64,000 nt of DNA from an uncultured delta proteobacterium (GCA_963816145.1 CAWFJP010000030.1:32001-96000), one strand, 5' to 3'. Numbered from the stretch's first letter, positions 29,537 through 40,175 are shown. The notes: generated from the sequence alone by a model not told the origin. A program made the numbers and translations.

Positions 29537-30907
29537 ATGGCAGCAGATTTAGTTATCAAAGGCGGTTGGGTGGTCACACCCGATGCAACATTTAGAGGCG
29601 GCGTGGCGATCAGCAACGAAGTCATCGTCGCCATTGGCGCGGACGACTCATTGCCCGACGGCAAAGAGGTCATCGACGTCAAAGGCAAACATATTTTGCC
29701 AGGATTATTCGATGGCCATGTCCACTTCCGTGAACCCGGCATGACCCACAAAGAGGATTTCAACACCGGCTCCACCGCAGCCGTCTGCGGCGGCATCACC
29801 ACCGTCGTCGACATGCCCAACACCGTCCCGCCCACGGCAGACGCCGAGCAAGTTAAGGTCAAGAAGGAATTGGGCGAGGCCAAGTCGCTGGTCGACTTCG
29901 GCATCACCGGCGTCGTCGTGCAAACCAACACCAAGGATATTCTACCCATGGCAGCTGCCGGCGCCATCGGTTACAAGATTTTCTTCGGCGAAACCATCGG
30001 CAACCTGCCCTTCCCCGACGACGGCATGTGCGTCGAAGCTTTCGACTACATCGCGCAGTCGAAGTTGCCGTTGGGCATCCACGCGGAAAACCGCCAGATC
30101 ATGGCCTACTGCACCAATAAGCTAAAAACCGAAGGCAAGAATGAAGCACGCTACTGGGAAGCCTCCCGGCCCGACATCTGCGAAGCGGAGTCGGTGCATC
30201 ACGCGATCTTCTTCGCCGAAACCTTTGGCACCAAGCTCCATGTTTTCCATATGAGCTCGAAGCAAGCCGCGTATATGGTTCGCGACGCCAAGGCGCGGGG
30301 CATGAGAATCACCGCGGAAACCGGCCCGCATTACTTGCTGCGCGAGCCCAATGACATGGACAACGTCGGCTCATTGCTGAAGATGAATCCTCCCGTCCGC
30401 ACCAAGGACCACGCCGAAGTCCTCTGGCAAGGGCTGCGTGAAGGTTTCGTCGACACGCTCGCCACCGACCACTCGCCGCACACCTTGGACGAGAAGGGCT
30501 CGGACATTTACGGCAAGCTCACCAAGCCGGCGATTTGGGACTGCATCTCCGGCTTCTGCGGCGTTGAAACCGGTGTGCCGCTCATCTTGACCGAGGTAAA
30601 TAAGGGCCGCCTGACCTTGAATCAATATGTCAAGGTCGCTTCCGAGAACCCAGCCAAGGTTTGGCAGGTCTATCCGAAAAAAGGCGCGATTAGGCTCGGC
30701 TCCGACGGCGACATTACGGTCGTCGATATGGACAAGGAAGGCACCATCGACGTCAACAAGCTGCACAGCAAAAACAAACCGTCGCCCTGGCATGGCTGGA
30801 AGGTCAAAGGCATGCCAGTGCTCACCGTCGTTCGCGGTCACGTCCAGATGAGAGACGGCGAACCCTGCGGCAAAGCGATCGGCAAAGCCCTCAAGCCGAT
30901 CATCTAG
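29537..30907 (+). CDS. Cyclic amidohydrolase (allantoinase/dihydroorotase/hydantoinase family)
   Basis: DGHVHFREPG, GGITTVVDMPNT, GYK, IHAE, HVFHMS, KMNPP, ATDHSPH. Confidence 0.92.
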   Translation: MAADLVIKGGWVVTPDATFRGGVAISNEVIVAIGADDSLPDGKEVIDVKGKHILPGLFDGHVHFREPGMTHKEDFNTGSTAAVCGGITTVVDMPNTVPPTADAEQVKVKKELGEAKSLVDFGITGVVVQTNTKDILPMAAAGAIGYKIFFGETIGNLPFPDDGMCVEAFDYIAQSKLPLGIHAENRQIMAYCTNKLKTEGKNEARYWEASRPDICEAESVHHAIFFAETFGTKLHVFHMSSKQAAYMVRDAKARGMRITAETGPHYLLREPNDMDNVGSLLKMNPPVRTKDHAEVLWQGLREGFVDTLATDHSPHTLDEKGSDIYGKLTKPAIWDCISGFCGVETGVPLILTEVNKGRLTLNQYVKVASENPAKVWQVYPKKGAIRLGSDGDITVVDMDKEGTIDVNKLHSKNKPSPWHGWKVKGMPVLTVVRGHVQMRDGEPCGKAIGKALKPII

Positions 30908-30914
30908 TAGTTAC

Positions 30915-30991
30915 GTATGAAGTAGGAAGGTGGAAGGATGAAGTAAGGATAGAATCCGAACTTCATCCTTCATCCCTCATCCTTCCGCTTT
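30915..30991. repeat. Heptamer tandem inverted-repeat element (GGATGAA / TTCATCC)
   Basis: gtatgaa gtaggaa ggtggaa ggatgaa ... ttcatcc ttcatcc ctcatcc ttccgct. Confidence 0.8.
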
Positions 30992-31009
30992 TCCTTCTAA
31001 GGATTCCCG

Positions 31010-31921
31010 ATGAAACGCACCGAAGCATTCGACTTCTACCAACCGGCGACGCTCCAAGAAGCGAGCCGGCTGCTAAAGGAAAACGGCCCCGGCGGCCGGT
31101 TTCTTGCTGGCGGGACCGATTTGGTCATCGCCATGAAAGAAAAAGGACTGCTGCCCAAATACATCGTCGACTTGAAGCGTTTGCCCGGGCTCAGCGGGAT
31201 TCGCGAAAAAAGCGACGGCAGCATCAGCTTGGGTGCGCTGACCACACTGCATGAAATCGAAACCTCGGCATTGATCCAAAAGAAATATCCGTTTTTGGCG
31301 CAAAGCGCCGCCGAGGTGGGCTCCATCCAGATCCGCAATCGCGCCACCATCGGCGGCAACATGGCCAACGCCTCGCCGTCGGCCGATACTTCACCGGCGC
31401 TTATGGCGCTGAGCGCCTCAGCGAAAATCGCCAGCGCGACCGGGGAAAGAGTCATGGCCCTGGACGAATTTTTCAAAGGTCCGGGTCAGAACGCGATGAA
31501 CCCGGACGAGATCTTGACTGAAGTTACCATCCCCAAAACCGCCACGAGCCTGGTAGGCGAATATATCAAATTCTCGCCGCGCGAAATGATGGATCTTGCA
31601 TACGTCGGTGTCGCCGTGGTTTACCATTTGGCGGTGAATGACAAGAAATGCACCGCCGTTCGAATCGTTCTCGGCGCCGTCGCGCCGACGCCGATGCGCG
31701 CCAAACGCGCCGAAGCGGCCTTGGAAGGGCAAGTTCTCAGCGAAGCTTTGGCCGAAAGGGTCGGCCAGATCGCCGCTGAAGAAGCCAAACCGATCAGCGA
31801 CGTCCGGTCAAGCGCCGATTATCGCCGCGCCATGGTCGGCACGATGACCAAACGTGCGCTGCTCAACGCCGCCGTAGGCCCAGCCCAATCCTGGGTCGAA
31901 CGCCGCGATCGAAGATACTAA
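31010..31921 (+). CDS. Xanthine dehydrogenase family FAD-binding (medium) subunit
   Basis: LAGGTDL, QIRNRATIGGN, ASPSAD, PISDVRSSADYR. Confidence 0.95.
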   Translation: MKRTEAFDFYQPATLQEASRLLKENGPGGRFLAGGTDLVIAMKEKGLLPKYIVDLKRLPGLSGIREKSDGSISLGALTTLHEIETSALIQKKYPFLAQSAAEVGSIQIRNRATIGGNMANASPSADTSPALMALSASAKIASATGERVMALDEFFKGPGQNAMNPDEILTEVTIPKTATSLVGEYIKFSPREMMDLAYVGVAVVYHLAVNDKKCTAVRIVLGAVAPTPMRAKRAEAALEGQVLSEALAERVGQIAAEEAKPISDVRSSADYRRAMVGTMTKRALLNAAVGPAQSWVERRDRRY

Positions 31922-31924
31922 GAC

Positions 31925-31987
31925 CGTGGTCGTGTTCGTGATCTTGATCTAACGGACACGCGCCAAGCACACGATCACGAACACGAG
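31925..31987. repeat. Hexamer tandem inverted-repeat element (CGTGWT / AWCACG)
   Basis: cgtggt cgtgtt cgtgat cttgat ... cacacg atcacg aacacg. Confidence 0.7.
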
Positions 31988-31993
31988 GTTGTC

Positions 31994-32476
31994 ATGAACA
32001 AACAAATTCAATTCACGCTCAACGGAAAATCCGTTAGCCGCGAAGTGCCAACACACCGGCTCCTGCTCGATCTGCTGCGCGATGACATCGGCATTACCGG
32101 CACCAAGGAAGGCTGCGGCACCGGTGATTGCGGCGCCTGCACCGTCTATCTCAACGGCAAGCCAGTCAACTCCTGTCTGGTCCTGTCCGGAGAGCTCGAC
32201 GGCGCGAACATTGTGACAATCGAAGGATTGCGAATCGGTCCCGAGCTGCACCCGGTGCAACAAGCCTTCGTGCAGGACGGCGGCGCCCAGTGCGGCTACT
32301 GCACGCCGGGGATGTTGATGATGTCCAAAGCGCTGCTCGATGAGAATCCCAATCCTACGGAAGAAGAAATACGCTATGCCCTCTCCGGCAACCTGTGCCG
32401 CTGCACCGGCTATGCGAAGATCGTCCAGGCGGTCCAAGACGCGGCGGCGATGCTAAGGAGTAAACCCGTTTCATAG
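31994..32476 (+). CDS. Xanthine dehydrogenase family 2x[2Fe-2S] small subunit
   Basis: GCGTGDCGACTV, NSC, QCGYCTPG, NLCRCTGY. Confidence 0.96.
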   Translation: MNKQIQFTLNGKSVSREVPTHRLLLDLLRDDIGITGTKEGCGTGDCGACTVYLNGKPVNSCLVLSGELDGANIVTIEGLRIGPELHPVQQAFVQDGGAQCGYCTPGMLMMSKALLDENPNPTEEEIRYALSGNLCRCTGYAKIVQAVQDAAAMLRSKPVS

Positions 32477-32557
32477 GTTCCAGCCGTTCCAATGGTTCCA
32501 ATCAGGAGTTTTTCCTTCAACATGGAACTTCTCGAACAGCTGGAACGATTGAAACTT
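32476..32557. repeat. Nonamer tandem inverted-repeat element (GTTCCA / TGGAAC)
   Basis: ggttccagc cgttccaat ggttccaat ... atggaactt ctcgaacag ctggaacga ttgaaactt. Confidence 0.75.
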
Positions 32558-32571
32558 CCCAAGGAGTTAAT

Positions 32572-34884
32572 ATGTCCGAATTAACAGTCATCGGCAAACC
32601 GGTAACGCGCGTCGACGCGAACGAAAAGGTCACCGGACAAATAGTCTACGGCTACGATCTGGCACTGCCGAACATGCTCTACGGCAAGACGCTGTTCAGC
32701 CCCAAAGCCCACGCCAAAATCAAGAGAATCAATATCTCGAAGGCCAAAGCGCTGCCCGGCGTAGTCGCTGTAGTCACCGGTGCGGATGCGCCCTGGACCC
32801 ATGGCGAAGCCGTCAAAGACAAGCCGTTCCTAGCCCAAGGCAAAGTGCGTTATATCGGCGAACCTGTGGCAGCGGTGGCCGCCGAGGACGAAGACATCGC
32901 GCAAGCGGCAGTCAAGCTCATCGAAGTCGAATATGAGGATCTGCCCGTCTACACCGACCCCGAAGCGGCCTGTAAACCCGGCTGCATGGAGATCCACGAA
33001 GACTACGACAGCTATCGCAAGGCCAACTTTATGGTTCGCGGTACCGCCCCCAACGTCGCCGAGCATTTCAAGCTACGTACCGGCGATGTCGCCAAAGGCT
33101 TTGCCGAATCCGATTTAGTATTGGACGAGAAGTATTTCGTGCCGATGATCCAGCATGCCGCCATGGAGCCCCATTCGGCACATGCGCAGTGGGACAAGGA
33201 ATCCGGCCGGCTGACGATCTGGGTTGCCAACGATGCGCCCTTCCGCGCCCTGCACGAGATCTCTGAAGCTCTCAGCATGGACAAGGAAAAAATCCGCTTC
33301 ATCAATCCAGCCCAAGGCGGCGGTTTCGGCTCCAAGGGCGGTTTGAAATGCGAACCCATCGCCGTTGCCTTGGCGTTCCATACCAACGGCCGGCCGGTGC
33401 GGGTGAAGTTCAACCGTGAAGAAACTTTCATTTCAACGCTGACACGCCACGAAGCGGTGGTCTATTCGAAGACGGGCGTGAAGAAAGATGGCACCTTGGT
33501 CGCGCGCGAGATGACGATCTACTGGGGCGCCGGCGCCTATGCTGAGAAAAGTCCGACCGTCTGCATCCGCGGCAGTCTGCCCGCGCCCGGACCCTATCGC
33601 ATTCCCCATGTCAAAGTTGACGGATATGCGGTTTACACGAATAAGCCGGTTGCCGGTTCCTATCGCGGCTACGGTATCCCCCAAGGCGCCTGGGCCGGCG
33701 AACAGCAAATGGACGAGCTGGCGCGCAAACTCGGGATGGACCCCATCGACATCCGGATGAAAAATATCTTCGTCGAAGGCGACATGTCCTATTGGGGCGA
33801 GCAGCTCCACGCCGTCGGCTTGAAAGAGACCTTGATCAAGGCTACCGAAGCCATCGAGTACGGCAAGAAATCGACGATCCACAAGCCGGGCCTGAAAATC
33901 GGCAAAGGCTTTGCCTGCATCCAAAAGCCAACCCGCTCGCCGACGACTTCCAATGCCGGGGTGACCGTCAACACCCAGGGCGAAGTGACCGTGTTCGCCG
34001 GAACCGTGGAAATCGGCCAAGGTTGCAACACAATCCTCTCGCAAGTCGCCGCCGAAGAATTAAAAGTCCCCATGACCAAAGTGCACATGCACCAGCTCGA
34101 CACCGACGTCATCCCCTACGACGCTTCGACGACTTCAAGCCGGAGTACCTATCACATGGGCAACGCCGTGCGCGGCGCCTCGATCCACGCTCGCGAGCAA
34201 ATCATGGAAGCGGCCGCGCCGATGCTCGAAGTCGGCATGCAAGACCTCGCTTTGGCCGATGGTAAAGTCTTCTCCAAAGATCAGCCTCAACAAGCCCTGC
34301 CCATTGGCGAGGTGGTCAAGCGCAAGCTTGGCATCAACGGCATCGTCCGCGGCGACGCTTCGTACACTTATGAGATCGGCAAGGACCTGGACTTGGAGAC
34401 CGGCCATAGCGACCATGCTTCGGCCTTTTACATGTACGCCACCCAAGCCGCCGAAGTCAGCGTCGACGAGGAGAGCGGGCGTGTGCGCGTGTTAAGAATG
34501 TCTGCCGCCCATGACGTCGGCAAGGCGATCAATCCACTCAACTGCGCCGCGCAGATCGAAGGCGGCGTGGTCATGGGGATCGGCTCGGCGATCCATGAAG
34601 AGATGGTGATCGACAACAACGGCAAAGTGCGCAATCCCTCTTTCTTGGATTACCATCTGGTCACTTCGCTCGATTGTCCAGAATTGATCCCGATCATCGT
34701 CGAATGTGCCGAGCCGGAGGGCCCTTACGGCGCCAAAGGCTTGGGCGAACCTGGACTAGCACCGACGCCAGCGGCCATTGGCAATGCGGTCACCGATGCC
34801 ACTGGCGTGCGAATTTACGATCTGCCGCTCAAGCCGGAAAATGTTTTCTGGGCGCTGCAAAAGAACAAAAAAAGCGCCGCTTAA
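32572..34884 (+). CDS. Xanthine dehydrogenase family molybdopterin-binding large subunit
   Basis: HAAMEP, GGGFGSK, YRGYGIPQ, EIGQG, SSRST, QIEGG, GAKGLGE. Confidence 0.95.
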   Translation: MSELTVIGKPVTRVDANEKVTGQIVYGYDLALPNMLYGKTLFSPKAHAKIKRINISKAKALPGVVAVVTGADAPWTHGEAVKDKPFLAQGKVRYIGEPVAAVAAEDEDIAQAAVKLIEVEYEDLPVYTDPEAACKPGCMEIHEDYDSYRKANFMVRGTAPNVAEHFKLRTGDVAKGFAESDLVLDEKYFVPMIQHAAMEPHSAHAQWDKESGRLTIWVANDAPFRALHEISEALSMDKEKIRFINPAQGGGFGSKGGLKCEPIAVALAFHTNGRPVRVKFNREETFISTLTRHEAVVYSKTGVKKDGTLVAREMTIYWGAGAYAEKSPTVCIRGSLPAPGPYRIPHVKVDGYAVYTNKPVAGSYRGYGIPQGAWAGEQQMDELARKLGMDPIDIRMKNIFVEGDMSYWGEQLHAVGLKETLIKATEAIEYGKKSTIHKPGLKIGKGFACIQKPTRSPTTSNAGVTVNTQGEVTVFAGTVEIGQGCNTILSQVAAEELKVPMTKVHMHQLDTDVIPYDASTTSSRSTYHMGNAVRGASIHAREQIMEAAAPMLEVGMQDLALADGKVFSKDQPQQALPIGEVVKRKLGINGIVRGDASYTYEIGKDLDLETGHSDHASAFYMYATQAAEVSVDEESGRVRVLRMSAAHDVGKAINPLNCAAQIEGGVVMGIGSAIHEEMVIDNNGKVRNPSFLDYHLVTSLDCPELIPIIVECAEPEGPYGAKGLGEPGLAPTPAAIGNAVTDATGVRIYDLPLKPENVFWALQKNKKSAA

Positions 34885-34982
34885 GCTTTCTCGCCTCGAA
34901 TTTCCGCAAACTTTCGTTTAAAATTTACTCACCGGCTGAGATCGTTCAGCCGGAATATTCCCTTGTCGCGGAGGACCACGTA

Positions 34983-36155
34983 ATGCGGACTGCTTTTCGC
35001 CGATCGCTCCTGACGCTCAGTTTGGCTGCCGTGGCGTTCTCCGGATTGCCGTCCATGGCGGCGGAAACCGGGCAGCGCACCATCCAAACCGTACCCGGCA
35101 TGCCCGCAGTGACCGATCCCCACAATCTTTATAGCGAAGCCCGCTCGGACAAGTTGAGTCCAACCGTAGCCAAGCACTTGAGCCGAGTGTACGTGCCCAA
35201 CCGCAGCTCTAACGATGTCTGGGTCATCGATCCCGAATCGCTAAAAGTCGTCGACAAATTCAAAGTGGGCATCCATCCGCAGCATGTCGTGCCGTCCTGG
35301 GATTTGAAAACGCTTTGGGTCAACAACAATGCGGAGAAACGCAATGACGGCAGCGTCACGCCCATCGATCCGCTCACCGGCAAGCCGGGCAAAAACATCC
35401 CGGTGGACGATCCGTACAACATGTACTTCACACCGGATGGCAGCGCGGCCATCGTCGTCGCCGAAGCGCGCAAGCGACTCGACTTCCGCGATCCGCACAC
35501 CATGGCGATGAAATACGCCATCGACACGCCGGACTGTGGCGGTATCAATCATGCAGATTTCTCCATCGACGGGCGCTACGCGATCTTCACCTGTGAGTAC
35601 TCCAAGAGCCTAGCAAAGGTTGATCTAGTCGAGAAAAAAGTCGTCGGCTACTTGAAACTATCCAAGGGCGGCATGCCCCAGGACGTGCGCATCTCACCAG
35701 ACGGCAAAGTCTTTTACGTCGCCGATATGAAAGCCGCCGGCATTTTCATTATCGACGGTGATAAATTCACAGAGACCGGGTTGATCCCCACTGGCATCGG
35801 CGCCCACGGCCTCTATCCCAACCGCGATGGCACCAAGCTCTACGTCGCCAACCGCGGCGTCGCCAAAGTGTACGGCCCACCCAAAGGTAAAGGCAGCGTC
35901 AGCGTCGTCGACTTCGCCACCCGTAAAGTCGAAACAACCTGGGTGATTCCCGGTGGTGGCAGCCCCGACATGGGCAACGTCAGCGTCGACGGCAAACAGC
36001 TCTGGCTCTCCGGCCGCTACGACAATGAAATTTACGTCTTCGACACGACCAAGGGTAGCGTCAAAAAAATCCCCGTAAAGACCGAACCCCACGGTCTCAC
36101 CGTGTGGCCACAGCCCGGACGATATTCGCTCGGGCATACCGGGAATATGCGGTAA
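34983..36155 (+). CDS. YncE/YVTN beta-propeller exported protein
   Basis: Signal peptide; repeated YVPN, YVAD and YVAN strands; GGAGG RBS. Confidence 0.85.
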   Translation: MRTAFRRSLLTLSLAAVAFSGLPSMAAETGQRTIQTVPGMPAVTDPHNLYSEARSDKLSPTVAKHLSRVYVPNRSSNDVWVIDPESLKVVDKFKVGIHPQHVVPSWDLKTLWVNNNAEKRNDGSVTPIDPLTGKPGKNIPVDDPYNMYFTPDGSAAIVVAEARKRLDFRDPHTMAMKYAIDTPDCGGINHADFSIDGRYAIFTCEYSKSLAKVDLVEKKVVGYLKLSKGGMPQDVRISPDGKVFYVADMKAAGIFIIDGDKFTETGLIPTGIGAHGLYPNRDGTKLYVANRGVAKVYGPPKGKGSVSVVDFATRKVETTWVIPGGGSPDMGNVSVDGKQLWLSGRYDNEIYVFDTTKGSVKKIPVKTEPHGLTVWPQPGRYSLGHTGNMR

Positions 36156-36398
36156 ACCGAAGCAGTTTTGCTTTTGGCCGCTTGATTTCCCCAAGCTGGA
36201 TCTGACAGGTTCCGAGGTCCTGACTACCCATCACTCATCCAAAAAGCTGACATACTTGGGCTCTGTCGGGAATTAGGCCATTCCCATCGTTGCAACGATT
36301 TCTGCCCCACATCCTTGCGCCAAGCGCATCAACTCCGGTAAAAGGCGGTCATGCAATTGTGTGTCGAACCGATACTGTGCGCGATCAAGGAGAGTCAC

Positions 36399-37433
36399 AT
36401 GCGCGGAATCGCATTTTTGTTTTTGGCCATGCTCGCGATCGTATTGCCCCGCCAAGCCGGCGCCGCCACAGCGACTGACAGCTTCTACCGCGGCAAAACC
36501 ATTAGGGTGATCGTCGGCTTTGCCGCTGGCGGCGGCTTCGATCAATACGCCCGCACCATCGCGCGCCACATGCCCAAGCATATTTCCGGCAACCCGGCCA
36601 TGATCGTCGACAATATGACCGGCGCCGGCAGCCGGCTCGCCGCCAATTATCTCTACAAAGCCAGCGCGCCGGATGGCCTGACCATCGGTAACTTCATCGG
36701 CTCGCTGCTGTTGCAACAGATCCTCGGCGACCAGGGTGTCGAATTCGACGGCAAACGCTTCGAATGGCTCGGCGCGCCGGTGCAAGACGAAACTGTCTGC
36801 GCCTTGACCAAGGCGAGCGGCGTCACCAGCCTCGACCAGTGGTTTGCCGCCAAAAAGCCGGTAAAGCTCGGCGGCGAAGCGCCGGGTGCCAACGACTCCG
36901 ACGTGCCGCGCATGCTGCAAGCGACTCTGAAGCTGCCGCTGCAATTGATCGAGGGCTACAAAGGCACTTCGTTCATCCGCATCGCTGCCGAGGCCGGCGA
37001 AGTCGACGGCGGCTGTTGGACCTGGGCTTCGATCCGCTCGACTTGGAAGAAAGGCATCGATTCCGGAGAGGTGATTCCGATCATCCAAGTCAACGCCAAG
37101 AAAGCTCACGATATCCAGCAGGTCCCCAACGCCACCGATCACGCCAAAACCGCCGAGGCTAAAGCGCTGCTGGATGCCGGCGTTCATGCGCCATCGGCGA
37201 TCCTGCGCGCCTACGCCCTGCCGCCGGGGACGCCGAAAGATCGATTGAATATTCTCCGCGAGGCGTTCAACGCAACCATGAAGGACAAAGAATTCATCAC
37301 CGAGATCGTCAAGGGCAACTTGGAACTTGACCCGCTCAACGGCGCCGAAGTGGAAACCATCGCGCGCAAGCTCTACCAGGTCGACCCAAGCTTGGTTGGC
37401 AAACTACGCGACATCTTGGTGCCGAAGAAATAG
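36399..37433 (+). CDS. Tripartite tricarboxylate transporter binding protein (TctC/Bug), orphan
   Basis: YRGKTIRVIVGFAAGGGFD, NMTGAG, PDGLTI, YKGT, LPPGTP. Confidence 0.92.
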   Translation: MRGIAFLFLAMLAIVLPRQAGAATATDSFYRGKTIRVIVGFAAGGGFDQYARTIARHMPKHISGNPAMIVDNMTGAGSRLAANYLYKASAPDGLTIGNFIGSLLLQQILGDQGVEFDGKRFEWLGAPVQDETVCALTKASGVTSLDQWFAAKKPVKLGGEAPGANDSDVPRMLQATLKLPLQLIEGYKGTSFIRIAAEAGEVDGGCWTWASIRSTWKKGIDSGEVIPIIQVNAKKAHDIQQVPNATDHAKTAEAKALLDAGVHAPSAILRAYALPPGTPKDRLNILREAFNATMKDKEFITEIVKGNLELDPLNGAEVETIARKLYQVDPSLVGKLRDILVPKK

Positions 37434-37531
37434 CCGGCGCTAGCGAGGCAACTGTTGGAACCACCGGAGGGTTGAAATGACAAATAGATCCTCCACCGCT
37501 CTCAGCTTTCGAAATCGCGGTGTTCAATCCA

Positions 37532-39757
37532 TTAGCGCCAATGTAAGATTTTTAGGATATCGGAATACTCATCGGTCCACAGTTCGCCGCCGAGGTTGCC
37601 GTTGAGCCCGTGCCAGCGCGGCTTGCTTGTGAATCGCTCGACCGAGCGCTGATCGCGCGCCAACAAAATCCATCGAGAAGCAGTTTTTCCTTCAGCAGTT
37701 AGTTCCGCTGGGAGATTGAAGTCGTCTTGAATCAGCGCCATGAGATTGAGTTCCTTGGCCAGCCGGTCGAGCACCGGAGCAAGATCCATGTAACGGTTGG
37801 AAATGTGTATCAGCAGCAAGCCGTTGGAGGCGGTTTTGCGGAGATAGAGTTCGATCGCTTGGCGGGTCAAAAGATGGACCGGAATCACGTCCGAGCTGAA
37901 GGCATCTAGAATAAAAATATCGAAGTGGTGATCCGGCGCGTTCGCCAGCGATAGCCGTGCATCACCGATGACCACATCGATCTTTGGCGGGCAGTCGCGC
38001 ATAAAGGTAAACAAGCTCTCGTCGCGCGCGATCCGTTCCACCATCGGGTCGATCTCGTAGAACGTGAAACTCTGCCCGGCAACGCCGTGGCACGCTAGCG
38101 CACCAGCGCCAAGACCGACGACAGCGACGTTACGCGCCGAGCCGCCGCGGGCGCTGGCGATCAGCACCTGACCGACGGGACTGGTGCTATGATAGTAGGT
38201 CGACGGCCCTAACCGTTTTGACGGTTCGGCATTCTGCGCGCCATGAATCGTCGTGCCGTGAAACAACAGATAGCGATTATTCCGCGCATCGAACGTCGCC
38301 CGGTAGGCACCGAAGAAACTCCGACCGCGAAACAGCTCCTGCCCTTGCGGTTTTGGAAACATCGCAGAGATCATAAACAATGCGATGAAGCCCATGCCAA
38401 ACCGTACGGGTCGATAGGCGAATAACAAACAAATGACCCCCGTAATGCCAAAAATCATCAGCGAACGATTGGCGTGCGCCAATACGGGCGCGGTCTTGCT
38501 CAATGCGATGAGTCCACCCATGGCGACGCATAACAATAACGGCAAAAGCCAGTCCAGCTTTTGGCTCACCGCTGATCTGCCCCCAACAACGACAAACGGA
38601 CGGGCAAAAGCCGCCGCTACCATCATCAATGGATATTCATAGACACCGTCGAAGATTTGCGGCGCGAGCAAGGCGTTGGACAGTCCACCGAGCACACCGC
38701 CCAATGATATCCATAGATAGAAGTCAGTGAGATAGATCGCCGGGGGACGGTCCTCAGCCAGTCGGCCGTGACAAATCATAGCGGTGGCCAAGAAAGCCAG
38801 CAGGTGTACTGGCAGCACCAGGTAAACCGGACTCGTGGCACTCACCGCGATCGTTAGCGCCGCACCGAGCAGCAGAAATGCCTGACTTCGAACCATGAAC
38901 GCGCCGGTCAGCCATTTCGCGCCGTTGAACGCCACGATGAACGAAAACAAATAGGCTGCCAGTGGAATGACCCAGAACAGCGGCGCCGAAACCACATCCG
39001 TAGTGATGTACGTGGTCACGCCGCAGAGTAGACTCGATGGCACGCATGACCAGAAAACCCAGCGCAAGCGACGCGTGATCGTGATTGAGATGTTGCCGCG
39101 GCTGATGCCATTGGGCACTCCATTAGTTTCAATGAGATCGGTACCGTTTTCCTCAAACCGCCCGGAGCTCGAACGCAAAAACATCAGCCAGCAGAGCGCG
39201 ATGAGGGCCGAGAGTCCGACATAGCCATAGAACCAATAGCGACCTTGTTGACTCAGTGTGAGATTGGACTCCAGCAATATCGGATAGGCGAGCAGTCCGA
39301 CCAAGCTCCCACCGTTGCTCGCCGCATACAGAAAATAGGGATCTCGCGCAGCGACGTGGCGACACTGAGCAAACCACTTCTGCAGCAACGGTGCCCCCGC
39401 GGTAATTACCAGAAACGGAAAGCCAATCGAGGCCGTCAAACTGCCTAAGACCAGCTCTGTCGGATTGTCAGCCGGTCGCGAGAACCACTGCATCGGCAGA
39501 GCGATCGGAAGCGTAAATATGGCGGCAAAAACTAATCCCAAATGGACCCATGCATGGCGCTTGATACCGAGCCACGAACTGCCGTAATGCGCATAAGCAT
39601 AGCCAATCAGCAGACAGCCTTGAAAGAATAGCAGGCACGAGTTCCAAACCGCCGGGCTGCCGCCAAGCAGTGGCAGGATCATCTTCGCAACCATTGGTTC
39701 AATAATGAACAACAACGCCGCGTTGACGAACAAAGTTAGCGAATAAAGGTGGATCAA
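37532..39757 (-). CDS. Fused multi-TM / spermidine-synthase-like SAM-binding protein
   Basis: DPYFLYAASN, many TMs, HGTTIHG, VVGLGAG, YEIDP, GDARL, DAFSSDVIP, ISNR, WTDEYS. Confidence 0.9.
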   Translation of the reverse strand: MIHLYSLTLFVNAALLFIIEPMVAKMILPLLGGSPAVWNSCLLFFQGCLLIGYAYAHYGSSWLGIKRHAWVHLGLVFAAIFTLPIALPMQWFSRPADNPTELVLGSLTASIGFPFLVITAGAPLLQKWFAQCRHVAARDPYFLYAASNGGSLVGLLAYPILLESNLTLSQQGRYWFYGYVGLSALIALCWLMFLRSSSGRFEENGTDLIETNGVPNGISRGNISITITRRLRWVFWSCVPSSLLCGVTTYITTDVVSAPLFWVIPLAAYLFSFIVAFNGAKWLTGAFMVRSQAFLLLGAALTIAVSATSPVYLVLPVHLLAFLATAMICHGRLAEDRPPAIYLTDFYLWISLGGVLGGLSNALLAPQIFDGVYEYPLMMVAAAFARPFVVVGGRSAVSQKLDWLLPLLLCVAMGGLIALSKTAPVLAHANRSLMIFGITGVICLLFAYRPVRFGMGFIALFMISAMFPKPQGQELFRGRSFFGAYRATFDARNNRYLLFHGTTIHGAQNAEPSKRLGPSTYYHSTSPVGQVLIASARGGSARNVAVVGLGAGALACHGVAGQSFTFYEIDPMVERIARDESLFTFMRDCPPKIDVVIGDARLSLANAPDHHFDIFILDAFSSDVIPVHLLTRQAIELYLRKTASNGLLLIHISNRYMDLAPVLDRLAKELNLMALIQDDFNLPAELTAEGKTASRWILLARDQRSVERFTSKPRWHGLNGNLGGELWTDEYSDILKILHWR

Positions 39758-39809
39758 ACCCTATTCCGGTATTGTATTTTGTCGCGACCTAGCCAATGGA
39801 ATCCAAATC

Positions 39810-39825
39810 AGCGAGAAGCGTGCCA
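39810..39825 (-). promoter_or_regulatory. Putative sigma54 promoter
   Basis: Minus strand TGGCACGCTTCTCGCT (GG-N10-GC), about 55 nt upstream of the fused gene. Confidence 0.5.
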
Positions 39826-39970
39826 CCCCATCCGAAAACGCCGGAAATAATTATCCCCGTAACGAAATTAGCAGATCAATGCCACTAGTCAATTGACATG
39901 TTAGGCCTATCCCCGATACAAACAGCTACCGAAACGCTGTTCGAAATTCATATATCGTACAAGGGAATTT

Positions 39971-40168
39971 ATGACCGAAGACCTTACTTTTGAGAATCTA
40001 GAATTGCTGGCCCAAAGACGCGGCTTAACGCTGCCGCAGGAAGAGCTGCAAAAACTCTTGCCTGGAGTCATACGGGCGCGGCGGCAGGCGGCCGAGTTGC
40101 GAGATCTGCTCGCGCGCGGCGACGAACCGGCCGGCGTATTCAAAGCCGCCAGAGGCGACGGGAAGTAG
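39971..40168 (+). CDS. Small GatC/AtzG-like amidase partner
   Basis: 65 aa, LAQRRGLTL..EEL..L and C-terminal DEPAGVF; 7 nt upstream of the amidase. Confidence 0.65.
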   Translation: MTEDLTFENLELLAQRRGLTLPQEELQKLLPGVIRARRQAAELRDLLARGDEPAGVFKAARGDGK

Positions 40169-40175
40169 CCAAACC

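Noticed and set aside
31010-34884. Aerobic CO dehydrogenase coxMSL
   Set aside because: Gene order fits, but the active-site loop is SYRGYG, not AYxCSFR (form I) or AYRGAGR (form II).
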